From NCBI RefSeq assembly GCF_004010195.1, contig NC_057755.1, positions 9,950,891-10,013,624 of the forward strand: a stretch of DNA of 62,734 nucleotides, in the 5' to 3' direction. The first letter of the stretch is position 1. The number at the start of each line of letters is the position of its first letter. Positions 1-13,059 of this stretch are shown here, in pieces. The position numbers and the translations under genes were made by a program. The DNA comes from Chiloscyllium plagiosum. Taxonomy: Eukaryota. Under the pieces are notes generated by a model, which was not told the origin of the DNA, made no database searches, and saw only the letters and a list, made by a program, of their open reading frames with translations.

Positions 1-2817
1 GACCCCAGTCCTGAGACGGAGGAGATCCTTTGAATTTTCAGTTTACTATCTGTCAGCTCGGGTTCAAAACCCCAATCAAGGATGTCATAATCAATGTGAC
101 CCAACTTCTCCTCATTCCACTTACTGCAACCCCACCAAGCCCCTCCTCCCCATGTCCTATTCTCTACCTTGTAGATTTTCCTGGGACGTTTTGCCTAGAT
201 TTGCTTCCTCCGACTATGCTTCAAATATGGATAGTGTTGCCCATCCCTTGCAACCAAAAAGTCTTGGGAGAGTTGGCTCTTCTGCTTCAGGTGGTATCGA
301 AGTTCAATCCGTCATGGACCCTGGGATGTCTTTGACGTGAGATGCACGGGTAGAACACATGGTTTATGGCAGCACTTCTGGCTTATCTTCGGGGCCAGGT
401 ACATTTTGTTCCTGACCCGTGAATGGGATAGCAGATTTCGGGTGATGTATTAGTTTGTTGAGAAATGCATCACTGAAGTAAACTTTCCATGTTACCGATC
501 ACTTTGTGCTGACATTGCCTCATTTCTGTGGTTAAGAAACCAAATATTGTATACTGATGTAAACGGTCTATCTGGCAGAAGAATGTGGGCGGCATTAACA
601 TTCCCGTTGCTGTTTCACCCTGTCTGAAACGTCTGGGAAATTCAATTTTAACCTGGAGCGAAGACTTCTCCCCATCAGAAACTCTGCTAGAGTTCTCGAT
701 GTGCTGAAGAGTTGTCCTGTAATCAAACAAGAACGTGGGCAATCTGGTATCGACTGAAGCTGTCGGCTACTCCTTTAAGAGTAACTTCAACATTCGAACT
801 TCACTCTCTGCAAGAGATTGAACGATATTTGGTATAGAGCTGTTCCCCAAACATGCCGAATCGAATTCGACTTCAGGAAATACTCGAAATCACTGCTGAT
901 AAACGATTCTTCATTGTCCATGACCAATGATTCCCAGAGTGCATTTCTCGTGAAAAATCCTTGCAGCTTTTCACTTGTCATTCCCAAGTTTGCTAAGTGA
1001 ACTATATGCACATCTAAACCATTTTGAATGGACATCCACAATCAAAAACTGAGTTCACAAAAGTGAACCGGGCTGTCAAGCTTTATTTTATGTGTGATTG
1101 GTGCTGGCAATTTTACAAAATGCACTGGTTTGAACATCCCTTTGCTTTCCAGCCTTCTGGATTCTACCTTTACTGTTGCCCATAAAACAAATGGAACCGA
1201 GCGAGCCTTGGAGAACCATGGCATTGTACCCTGGTCAACATACAAGGTGGCCTTGATCGTCCCTCGTTCTTTTTGAAAATTTTCTGGATATTTAGTTGGG
1301 ACTTCACTCGGACAGTGTGTTTCTAATCGAAAAAAAAATGACCCAGTCAAAGTGAATCTTTCTCAAACGGTTCCACCCAATAGGTTTGGGTTAAAGCATT
1401 TTACTGCAATTAGTGGTAACTACATCAACTGTATCTCGATGACACCAGAATTTTGGCCTTCAATCCGCAATATTTTCATGCGATATGTTCTCAATCTCTC
1501 TCGTGCAAACTTAAGGTCTGGAGTCCAGAGAGAATCTTGTTAAAAATTGTTTCTGCTACCACTGGCACAGATATGCTGGAATTGGTCCCCTTGACAACTG
1601 GGCGACAACTTATACAGACATTTCGTCGCATTGTTTCTGATTTGGATGTCGCTACGGAATTTAGTCATTCTGAAACACACATAGGTTGACCTACCAGGGT
1701 GTGCACTCTCCTGAATACCAGCCTATGAGTTATCTCAGTCAAGTTAGGCATTGCAGAATTCGTTTGAGTTCTCGGGTCTGGATAGTGGTATCAACTTGAA
1801 TAGCTTGCTGGCCCACATCCAGGAGAACATTTTAATAATTTGTCCCAGGCTCGGCTGTGTTGTGGGCTTTTGCTGTGGCGTCACCGAGAATCCCTGTCCT
1901 CAGACTATTCTGGGCAAGAAGCTCTGTGATTACCTACACTCAAGTGGTGTTCCCCATGCTTATTTGGACAGTTGAGAGTGCCCACTTCCATGAGACGCAC
2001 TTTTGCTCCCATGCCCCACTTGCCACATTTTCTAATAACAAATTCAATTGTGGTGTCTGTTTGAATTTCTGTTGGGCTTCAGCTAGTAGGTGTGTTTACA
2101 TGATTGTATCATTAATCCTATAGACCAAACACCTTCTGAACATCTCATTCAGGATTAACCCAAACTCGCATGCTTGGCCAGTGGTCTTAAATCGTCAAAG
2201 ATCCCAACATGGACTCTCCCATTCAGGCGTATAGAACCAATAGTGTAAGAAACTTAGAGTAGACTTGGGATCGTAACATGCCTTCACTAAATTCATCACA
2301 TCATGAAAGATTTCAACACTGGTGTCTCTGGGAAAGTTAGGCTTTATTAAATAAAAATGCTATGGGTGCAAAAGCAATTTGAAAAATGTTTCATTTCATC
2401 TGCCCCAATATCGCTGGCTCAAAAGAAATAAGAAATTATTTGAACACACTGGGCGCAGTCTTCGGTGGTATGATCGAACGATTCAAGCTTCCCACATAGA
2501 GGCATGATGCCAGAAATGCTTAACTGACATTTAATAGGACGGTTGTGAGTGAATTGTCTCCTTCAGCGTACCATTTCTTGCCATTGCCAGTAAGACGTCT
2601 GCACAGAGGCTGGAATACCATCACCACGTCACTTTTGTATTAGATGTCCACAGTGCACTGGCTCTGAACCAACAGATCACAGGAATCCCTGGAATGAGCA
2701 CACTCTCAAAATCTCCGGCTTATATCCATCAGACAGGGCTCCCCGAATGGCACAGTTGGACAAACCCAAACAAGGATCAATGTCAATGAAATCCACTTGA
2801 CCCTGGTACAAATCACA
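1..2817 (-). mobile_element. Degenerate, internally deleted Gypsy/Ty3 LTR retrotransposon (copy 1)
   Basis: LTR-like sequence at 1-~127 and ~2591-2817, with a PBS-like TGGCAATGG next to the latter. Gag remnants, RT N-terminus (KARSVPFVL...RLESKGMFKPV) joined directly to integrase core (DNEESFISSDFEYFLKSNSIRH). Confidence 0.85.
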
Positions 2818-3814
2818 AGAATGTAGCATGTACCGCTTTTAAATATGAATCAAATACTGTTCGGGAACATGGAGATTATATGAGACACAATCAACAGGTA
2901 GAGGCCAGTGGAAACTTCGAGACAGGGCCAGGTTTGGCAGGGAACAACATGAAGGGACTATTTCTTAAGAGTTTAGCTTTTGAAGTCCACAAAGTCCCAG
3001 CCATCCCAATCATGTCTCACAGTCCCACATTCCCAAAGTTTCAGGTCGTTCCACAGGGTTAACAGCGACTGCTTTGTTCTGTGGGGCTAACGGATCAGAA
3101 CTAGAATTGAGAAACAATGACATGCCACATGCCGTCTCACACACAAGACAAAAGTACACAGACTTTTTCAAAATTATTTTCAAAAATGTACAGTTTCCAC
3201 AAAGTATTCTTAACGCCATTACATGAACAATTTGTGTCGGTCATTTCAGAGAGAACCATAAAAGTATGACCAACCTCATTTGAGCATTTGAACTTCTAGG
3301 CGGCTCAATCAACATGCAAGGAGGTGGAACCTTTCCTAAGTACAACAAAGACAATTCATTCCGATCCAATCGAAACTGCAAAGAATGCTTATCAGCTTAA
3401 TGTTGTGGAATTAATCTTTCTCTGACAAATTCTTGGCCATTTCATCTGCACAATTACACTTGAGTTTGTTCTGTGAAGGCGAACTGTTTATAAGTGAACA
3501 TCCATACCAAACGTGACTAGTCTAATCAGGTGATAATTTTCGTGAGCGTTTCAATAATTTGATTTACGTCTAACTATTAATGTAAAAGGAATTGAAAGAA
3601 GCTGTGTAAATTGATCCTTCACAGAATGCCGTTATAAGTGTACCTTGGTGTTTCTGATCACTCTGTTCTGAGATCCTGTCACACAACTCGTCAGTCGCTG
3701 TGACAAGAAACTGGGTCTCCTAGTTTAAAGTTAGGGGCACTACAAATCTGCCATAAGATACCTAGAAATGTGATTTACTTCTGATCTGAAGCACTGAGGG
3801 AAAGAATGCAACAT

Positions 3815-4734
3815 TCACTTCTGCCATTTTATTCGTTCAGTACAATTTACAATGAGACTAAAAGGAGACTTGAGCAAATCAAGCAACTGCTGCCTGAACA
3901 TTCTCTGGATTGCTGTGTAAATGACCGTGTTGGTGCAGGAGCTCAATAACTGAAGCATGACTCCAGCTTTCTGAAATGCTGAAACGGGGTTAAATAATGA
4001 TTTGTGCATATATGCTTTGATCAATCTATAAAAAATGAAATAGCCCACTGTGGTCATCCAGAGCAGCATGAAATTGCAGGATATTATAAAAATTAAAACT
4101 ATTGACTTTCTGCGGTTCTGGAGTTCGGGATCTTTGTCGTTCTTACTGTAGGTCTGATCCCAGAGTCTCCTCCTAGACTGGCTAGTAACGAAGATACATC
4201 TAGCAGTAAGAACATTCAACAATAAAATCAAGAAAAATGGAAACACTGGAGTAATCAGTTGCTCAAGCCAAGAAAACGCTTTCCACGCGCTTTCAAAATA
4301 AAACATTGATGATATATGGCACCCGCTTCGTGTATTATGAATTACATAATGCGATCTGTACACAAAGGGCCATGGGATGTTCTTTGAGCAGAATACTGCA
4401 GTCAAGGTCATGATGACAACACCAGCTGTCTTCCCCGTGCAATACTTTGTTTTCAGACTCTGGCAACAAATAGCTACAAAGCGATCAAAGGTAAAAGCGA
4501 CGGTGAACCAGACAGAGCAATCTACACTCGTGGGAGACAGATAGAGAACAAATTTGCACACTGGAGTGTAGAGCAGAAAGGAGTCCAACCAGAAAAGTGC
4601 AGCCACACGATACAATACTATGTTGCAGAAAATCACCATGAGATCTGATGCAGCCATGGCCAACAGATAGAGATTGACACATTTCGAGAGATTGCATCTT
4701 CCCCGAGACAGGATCCCAATTGTCAGGATGTTGA
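3815..4734 (-). CDS. Coding exon 2 of the GPR139/GPR142-like GPCR (TM1 end to TM7 and C-tail); spliced protein 330 aa
   Basis: Acceptor ttttctttcctcgcag|TC at 4736-4735. The open frame (V)NILTIGILSRGRCNLSKCVNLYLLAMAASDL continues into ORF 3815..4663, with FTFDRFVAICC (TM3 DRY equivalent), Cys in TM3 and ECL2, PFFLILLLN (TM5) and LQLLSSCTNTVIY (TM7). Stop TGA at 3817-3815. Confidence 0.93.
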
Positions 4735-5394
4735 CTGCGAGGAAAGAAAAGCTGTTACAAAAGCAAAATATCGAATCCAGTTTTTAATTCACAGAGTTGT
4801 CGAGTCATAAGGTATTAAAATAGTCTTGACGGTTAAACCATGCTGTACATTGTCACAACTGTACTAGTCCCCCCGCCTGCTCCTGGCCAATATTTGTGTA
4901 ATCCCTCCCTATTCATAAATGGGGCCACAATCACCGCTTCCTCACAAAGTTCTTTCTAGGAGCAAACAAACCCTCTATGCAAAAATGGTCCCTCATGCAA
5001 TTTAAAAAGATCTCCCCCTCACGTTAAAAATTGTCCTCGAGTCTTGAAACCCTCGTCATTGGTGGGGGCGGGGGGGAGCTACCATTAATGCTGCTACCTA
5101 TCCCAGCCATGAGTTTATTGTCTTCTATAATGTTGCCTTTCAACTTGCTGCACTTCAGTGAAACCATGTCAGCCAATCTACACTTTTCTGCTAGCTTAAA
5201 CCTTTCACATTCAGAAGCATCCTGGTGAATCTCTGCTGAACCCTGTCCAGCTTGATAATATTCTTCCTTTCACTGGGAGACTAGAATTGGAAAAGTATTC
5301 CTGATCAGGCCTCACCAATGTCCTGTACAACCTCAACACAATTCCCAACTGCTATTACATGCCATGCAGGAGTCAGCGGAAAGGCCATTATTTA

Positions 5395-5682
5395 TTATAG
5401 AATCACTGCAGTATAGAATCAGGTCATTCAGTCAATCGTACCTATAACAAACTTCCGAAGTATCCCAACCTCACCCTTATCTGTGGAGCCCTGAATTTCT
5501 CATAGCTAATCCAGCGACTTGAACATCGTTGGACTGTGGGAGGAAAACTACACGAACCAGAGGAAACACATGACACAGGAAAATGTGGGATCTCCACACA
5601 GACAGTCACTCCAGAGTGAAATCAAACCCAGGTCCTGGGCACCTTGAGACAACAGTGCGAACCACTCAGCTACTATGCCTCC
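5395..5682 (-). mobile_element. Old V-SINE in the GPCR intron (paralogous copy at ~21235-21486)
   Basis: Degenerate match to the SINE. Both copies share the same right flank (ccttgtc..ttcctaattgc). Confidence 0.75.
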
Positions 5683-8600
5683 CTTGTCTTTTCCTAATTG
5701 CCTTGAGGGTAGTTAAGAGTCAACCAAATCTCTGTGGATCTGAAGATACATATCTGAGACAAAATCACAGTAACAACAGGAACTGAAGTAAGCTGTGTGA
5801 TCGCATCCAATGGTGATGAAGGCTCATCGAACAATCCTCACATCCATTTCCTGATCCTTCCTCGTGCCTTTTGATTCCCTGGCTCATAAAGAACAAATCT
5901 CTCTCTCAGCATTAAATGTACAAAGGCATTTCAAAAATTCAGAACCATCTCAGAGACGGAATTCGATCTCTCTCAGTCTGATATTGATACCACATTAATT
6001 TGGCTCGATGACCTTCACACTCGAGCGTCTGCAGGAGACTCCAATGAGGGGAAACGTCCTTGCAGAGTTTAACCTGCCAAGCCCTTTAAGAATCCTGTAC
6101 GTTTCAATGAGATCACCTCTCACTTTTCTCAACTCTACTTTATAGAGTCCCAGCCTATTTACCATTGCTAATAAGACCATCCCTCCCACACGAGTGAACC
6201 TTTTATGAAAATATTCAAATGAAATAATATCCTCGATTATGGGAACAAAACTGCTCACGGTGCTATCGATGTGCTATTACCATAGTCTTGTACAGCTGCA
6301 GTAAGATTTCTCTATATTTGTGTAAGCTAAACGAAGTCAAGACAGGAAATGTCCTTCCCTGTAACACATTTGCGAACCAGATGGAGATTTTCCAGCAACT
6401 GACTATGGATCCATGCTCCCGTTCAATTAACTTCCCATTGAATTTAAATTTCACCAGCTGCATTAGTGGGATTTGAAACCCTGTTCCCAAAATGTTTATC
6501 TGAGATTCTGGATTACTCGTCCAGTCACATTAGCCCCTCATTCCAGTTTGCTGAGTGCTCAGGTCACAGAGATGTGGACGGCTAATTAAAGAGACTATGA
6601 GAAATAGCCGAATTTTTATCTGTGTGTCTGGCAATTGAAATAAATTTTAAAAGCCCACACTCAAGTCCTGACTGAGATATATGTCACTGTGTATTCACTT
6701 TCACCAGGTCGTAAACTAACTTCAGAATCCCTGAAAGAATAAAGTGAAAAGCCATCTTCTTAATGGCACAGTTAATTTTCGTATTAACAGAAACATTAAA
6801 TGTTGGCAGTGACTCAATTTCCTCATGCACAGAAATTTCGAAATAATCTGACACGTTACCTAATACTAAGCTGCATATCATTTCTGACATTTAACTGCAA
6901 CTCATTTCCTTACATCACAAAGAACACTAAGTTAATTTACTTAGTATTTTCAATCAAATGGTCCAGGAATGTTATGACACAGACTTTGGACCTGGCGGGA
7001 CTCAAAGCCAGGTCTCCTAGAGTCAGACATGTGAAGTTAACGCTGCACAACAACATCCCCAAGGGAGATGAAGGATTTCTGATTAAAATGACTGCGGAAA
7101 GGTAGTTCGCACATTGACATTATTTGCTGCTACTCTGTTTCATACCATACCATGACTACGAGGCAAGCTCTGGGGACCTGTTACACAATGAGGTCAAGAA
7201 TTGTTTTGTTGCTACTGCTTAGGTTTTGATACTTTTGTGAGGCTTATTTCCCTGAATAAATCTATTTTGTGAGGTATCTGGCAGGTTGACCGCTTCTCTC
7301 TTCGCGTTATACCCTTTAGGTTCAGGGTCAAGACAATAATTCGGCATCCCTTCCTCTTCCCGTGATTCATTGACCACATTGTCATTATCTAGTTTCAAAT
7401 TGCTCCTGAATACCCTTTTCTTCATTATTTAGTCGCGACTTTCTTGGTGTTCCTCACCCGCTTTTCGGGATGTCTTTGAAATTTTTCTGCTAACTTTGCC
7501 ATCCCTCGGTGTGTTTTAGCAAGGAGACATTCAGATTGTTGAACGAATTAAATTATTTATGAACACCAACACCGATTTGCTTTCTTTTTCCGCCATCAGA
7601 ATCTCAGCTAGATTATTTTAACACAGATTGTTCTCTGTTGCTTCTCACTAATACCAGGAAGGAGAAGTAAAAGCGATGATTAATGATCGACAGTGATCGT
7701 ATTGCATAGAGGATCAGGTTAAAAGAACTGATTGGCACCCGTTTCGCGTGCTCTCCTGTTCTTAAATGTGGTTAGGGAATATAGGGACGCTAAGGATTAA
7801 AATTTAATTACAACAAAAGAGAGGAGAAAACTCAAGTGGTAAGATGAGCACAAGGAAATAACACCGACAATAAAATGCACCACAGGTCCGTCACAGCGAT
7901 ACAGTAAAGGTCGCTCGGTATCTCAAGTCTGCACCAATTATAAACAACCATCTATCAGTTCTGTAAGCATTTCCAAAACAATTGGCTCATAGGATTCGCA
8001 TCGCAATGCATTTCAAAATGTATTTTCAGAGAGATCAAGGTTTCTGCCTCGACCACTTTCACAGGCTGTTACATCTAAATTTGTGTGCATAAGGTTTTCC
8101 TCGTATCTCATGTAAATTTTCTGACACGTATCTAAATCTATGTCGTCGTTCTTTGATTCTCCAAACAAGGGGAAATGTCGCTTACTGCCTAATCAGTCTA
8201 TGCCATTCATAATTTATACATTTCAATCACGCTCACTCTTAATCACCTCCGCTTAAAGGAAAATAACCCCAGTGTGTCAAATCTCCCTTCATAAATGGAA
8301 GTCTCCAGTCCAGGCAATATCATGGAAAAGCTGAAACGGAAACACATGGGAAATTGTACACGAGACAGACTCGGGCAGAATGAAAAGGAGCAGGATATTA
8401 CTCTGGATAAAGGCATTTCGACTGCTGATAACAACAAAGACGAGTGAAACAGTATAAACCCGAACACGTAGAATCAAAGCAGGGTACACGACAGAAAGTA
8501 TATATGTTTCAGTGAAGATAGATATGAAGGAAAAGTACAGCGTTTTATTTTTCCAGAAATGAATTAAAATACGGATAGAAATTACAATGGTGGCAAGGGA

Positions 8601-8933
8601 CACATAAAGTAGTGAGAAGGGAACTTTGGTATTGAAAGGTATTGGAGAGGGAAGGAGAGGCAGAGAAAGAGAGAGCAAGTGACAAAGATGGAAAATAACC
8701 CAAGTGTGAACTAAGTAAGGGACGAAAATCAAACGATTCCTTAAACAAATGTTGGAGAGATTAGAAGGTGAAGAAAAGTGCATTAGAGATAACGAAGTCT
8801 GAAAATAATCAAGAACATGTGCAAATAAAAAAAACAATAAATAAATTCGCTACACTTACTAGTCCAGAAAGCTAAAGAGTAACACTTCTGTAAAGTTGTG
8901 TTTGATAAGCAACAGAGTATGAAAATGTCTCAC

Positions 8934-9006
8934 CAGTGATACCAACTGCTGCCAGAACAGGATAGAATATAACCTCGATCGAAGATGGTTCAGACCTAAA
9001 CATCAT
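8934..9006 (-). CDS. Coding exon 1 of a GPR139/GPR142-like class A GPCR (MMFRSEPSSIEVIFYPVLAAVGIT)
   Basis: Manual minus-strand translation from ATG at 9006 (second ATG at 9003). It gives a short N-terminus plus the first half of TM1 and ends at a canonical donor ACTG|GTGAGA (GT at 8933-8932). The exon is 73 nt (phase 1), which matches the phase of exon 2. Confidence 0.85.
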
Positions 9007-9076
9007 CTTGCTGAAAGTGAATTACTCTCCAGTTTAAGGCATTCAATACAACTGTTAGAAAGACATGGCTGTCCAT

Positions 9077-9084
9077 TATTTATG
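9077..9084 (-). promoter_or_regulatory. Candidate TATA-like box (CATAAATA) of the GPCR gene
   Basis: Lies about 70 nt upstream of the ATG on the coding strand. Motif and position only. Confidence 0.4.
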
Positions 9085-9367
9085 CTGTGATGAGTCCCTA
9101 GTGATTGTATGAGGTTACATTGACATTGGCCCTAGTTACATGTTCCTGAGCAACAAGGAATTAAACCCTCGATACCTTCATTTTCCAACTCACTGCGTAA
9201 CGTAGCAAAATGCTCAGCTAGAAAAAGACGATGTTGCTAATGTGGAGGAAAGTAGAAGATGGTAATTCACCTCGTCACCTTATACCAAGAGGCACTCACA
9301 CTCATTGGGATTGTGGCCAAAGGTTTGGTTTGTCGTTAAACTAAAGGGTGTGATTCGATCTATTTTT

Positions 9368-9632
9368 GTCACATCATCGAATCACTACAGTGTGGAAGCA
9401 GGCCATTCAGCCCATCGACCCTCCAAGCCACCCCGAACGACTAAACTCCTGTAATCCTACATTGCCCATGTCTAATTCATCTAACCTACACATCATTGGA
9501 CTGTGGGAGGATATCCACACAGACACGGGGAGAAATTGTAATCTGCCGAGACAGTCGCTCAAGGATGGAATAAAACACATGTCACTGTCACTGTGAAGTA
9601 TTAATGGGAACCATTGTGTCACCGTACCACTC
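9368..9632 (-). mobile_element. Old V-SINE upstream of exon 1 (paralogous partial copy at ~26693-26852)
   Basis: Degenerate match to the SINE. Confidence 0.75.
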
Positions 9633-9664
9633 CCATGCCCCCATAACGGTCTTGGATGCTATAC

Positions 9665-10640
9665 AGCATTATACAACGGAACCAACACACTCAGAATCTA
9701 TTAAGAAGAGAGCCGAGACCCTTACTTTTTCTTATTTTATACTCAAGTGACAGGCAGTGTGCTGCAATTTCAAATTGATTGGTCAGACTGATCAGATTTG
9801 AAGCAAAATACCAAACGCTTTGCTCATACACGTTATTTGAAATACAACAAACGAAAGACTAGATTAAGTTAAACCTTTTGGAAAACTTAACTGAACAATG
9901 GATCATTAGCTACTAAATCGTAACAGTTCCAAAATGGTAACATCCCATCGGCAAAGGCAAATTCAGTAAAATATATTGTCTACCGGCAATTCTCCAGTCC
10001 AGGAAAGAGGCATGAAAAGAAAAGTTGCAGGGACAGAGAGAATAGACAATATAGAGCATAGAATGTCACAGTGCAGTAAAAGTTTCACAGATGTTGCGCC
10101 GATCTGTGAAATTAGTCTGATGCCCATCTAAACTACACTATTCTATTATTTTCCATATGTATGTCCAATGCCCACTCAAATGCCGTTAACATCAGCAAGT
10201 CTACTATTGTTGCAGGTAGACCATTCCACGCCCCTCCTACTCTCTGAGTAAAGAAACTAAAACTGATATCTGTCCTAAATCTACCATTTCTTAATTCAAA
10301 GCTATGTTCCCTCGTGTGAGTCTTCACCATCCGAGGAAAAAGGCTCTTACTGTCCACCCTACCTAAAGTTTTAGTTTAGCTTCCGAAGACCAGCATCCAT
10401 TCTCCTGCAGCGACTGTGACAGAGAGAGACTAAAGTTAAAAATTCCTAGATTTGGGGGAAAGTAACCCACTCATTCAGGCAACTTCTATTGTTCCAACCT
10501 TTACAAAAAAGAACCCAAGGCCTCATATGCTGTTTAACTAATTGAATTCAAGTAGAATGCTCTTCGTGCTGATCTTAAAACCTTGCTTCAAGAACAGGGC
10601 ACATTAGCCCCTCCCATTTAAGCCTAAGTATTGTCAAGTA
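9665..10640. mobile_element. Decayed solo LTR upstream of the GPCR gene, with a nested CR1 3' fragment (~10050-10365, minus)
   Basis: Similar to LTR-type sequence at 38103+ and homologous to 26900-27550, which lacks the CR1 piece. Confidence 0.55.
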
Positions 10641-11559
10641 TCCCTCCTTAAAAATGGAATCGTTAACATACAAAGATGGCTTCATTTTTAAAAATCTTCA
10701 GTTTTACACTGTAGTTAGTACACGACAATGCATATACAGTATATGACTCAAACAATCACTGCCATAGTCTATTTCAGGCCTTTCTTCCTGCCTTTGTCTT
10801 GTTTCATCAAAGTGTGACAAAACAAGTCATCAAATATATTCTCTTGTCTGCCAGGTGTAAGAATTTCAAATTTAATGGCTGCAATAAGCTCAATGTCAAC
10901 AGTGTTCCATTTTTATTTACAATATTGTTCCAAAAGCTTTCAGCGTTATGTTTTTGTGTGGAATTATCTCAGGTATATTACTGGCAATGCAAGCACTGAA
11001 ATGGTGTGACGCCAAAGGTCAAGGGTTCCTTTTCAAGCATGGAATATTTCTGTCCAGGTTATTGAATGGTCTAGAAAAAAAATCTGCCCAGTTAATATTT
11101 AGATCTTCTCATTGTCATATTGCAAGAGTACAGGTTGTATAGGTTGGAAAGTTGAACTTGCTGAGGCATCATAGCATATCAAACCTATTGGGAGTGGGGA
11201 TGAAGAAGAAATAAACTGGCAGTGCGAGACATTCTATCGAATGATTTACATAGTGTCCTGTGCAGCAGTGTGCATTCAGAAGGCAATTATGTGTCGTGCT
11301 CTGTGCCAAGGGACAGGATGTTGTCCCTTGCAGAAAAACATGCATTGACCGGAGATTGTGCCCAATGATTACTATCCAAGTTCATCCCAGCAACTCATTA
11401 ATAAGTAGGGACGAGGTTCTTCTGAGGCATGTATGAGAAGCTCAGTGCTAAATTAGAAAGTGGAACTTATGATGGGTGTCATATCGCATTTACTGGGTGA
11501 GTTAATAGCAAGTTGGGAAAAGTTGGATAAGAGCGAGTTGTGAGAAGATTAGTAGTTCA

Positions 11560-11950
11560 GGTTAAGGTTCTGGATGTAAGTTTACTCGCTGAGCTGGAAG
11601 GTTCGTTTTGAGACATTTTATGACCAATCTAGGTAACATCATCAGTCAGCCTGGTTGGTCTTCTATCCTGCTTTCTATTTTCGTGTTTAGGTTTCCTTGG
11701 GTGGGTGATGTCATTTCCTGCGGTGATGTTGTAATTTCCTGTGTTGGTGATTTCATTTCCAATTCTTTTTCTCAGTTCTTCTGTGAAAAAGAACATGAAT
11801 TGATGTGACCAAAACAGTAAACTACATCACCAACCCAAGGAAAAGTAACCACATTTATAGAAAGCTGGACAGAACAGCAGTGGTTCACCGGAGGCTCACC
11901 TAGTATGATGATGAAACATCTGAAAACCAGCAAGCAAACTTACATCTAGG
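11560..11950. mobile_element. Decayed inverted pair of Penelope pLTRs
   Basis: 11565-11770 is similar to 48975-49170, and 11810-11948 is its imperfect reverse complement. Confidence 0.7.
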
Positions 11951-13059
11951 TGGACAAGAGTACGTAAATGATTGAGTGATTCCACGTTTGGTGTAAAATA
12001 AGTGAGTTCTGCTTCAGGCAACTTTGGCATCCGTTCTGGGAAAATGGGATCTGATCCATTCGGTTAATGCACAACTAAACCATACTGGGACTGTTGTTTT
12101 AACAAGCCAGCTAAAGAGTGAAATAGAACAAGATTTAAACAAATTGGACAACATCAGCATGAGGGATCAAAATTGGATCAATTCCACCAGTAAATGAATA
12201 GAATTCAGGCAGTTGTGCGAAATACTAAAATGTGAAATCAAGTTCTGGGATGACGGATTTTGCAATAACAATACAGTATGCAGTGGGAGGGGTGAGTGCA
12301 AAGTAAAAGCTTCGTGTTTGAACGTGCATTCAAGTAATGTCTTGAGGACGTGCATTCATGTTATAAACATGATCTTAAAATGTTAAGGAGCTTTGAGTTA
12401 AAGTAAGTGGCTCCTGAGTATTGATGGTTGAATATAAGTCAGTAATATGATATTCAACATATGACTCCTCATCGAAGTTAGTTTTAATGCAACGCCCAGG
12501 TATGTCTTTGCTTCAGGAGATAAGAATGTATAGCGGTTTGGGTGGAGGTGAGTAACAGTAAACGGCAGAAATCACGAACTGCGCTTATGGACTGGGCAGG
12601 GACTGGAAATTTGAAGAAGTATATACAAAAAAACATTAAAAACTGTGATAAAGCAATAATCATGAGAGTTTAAACTGAAAAAAAAACTCCTGTTGGCAAT
12701 GGTAGCCTCTGTGCGAAATGATGTGGAGATCGTATCTGGGAGCAGCATAGCTCACGTCTGACCACAGAGGAGCCTATAGTAGACAATTTATAGTACAATA
12801 TGATTGGATCAGTTAATGACCTACAAGCAAAAACCCTCTAAGTCGAAGTGATCATTATGGATTTGATTTCACATCAAGTTTGAAATGGGGGAAAAGTGGG
12901 TCTAAGACCAACATTTTAAACATGAAAAAAGAACAAGTATGAGGTATGAAAACTAAGCGATCAGAACTGAACAGGGACATCAGTCCAGGAGATAGGTTAG
13001 TGGAGAATCAGAGAGGAAACGGAGAGGATTATTCAAAAAAAGAATGTACCTCATTCCCT

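Noticed and set aside
3815..4663. Treating the track ORF as an intronless receptor, or naming it the true GPR139 ortholog
   Set aside because: The track ORF starts at a TTG inside TM2 and lacks TM1, and a matching upstream exon exists. The protein is divergent and has tandem paralogs, so orthology cannot be claimed without a tree.
8289..8837. 182-aa hydrophobic minus-strand ORF resembling a membrane protein or extra receptor exon
   Set aside because: It lies in the pyrimidine-rich intron and ends in a CR1 remnant, has no GPCR motifs, and exons 1 and 2 already join in phase to give a complete 7TM protein.
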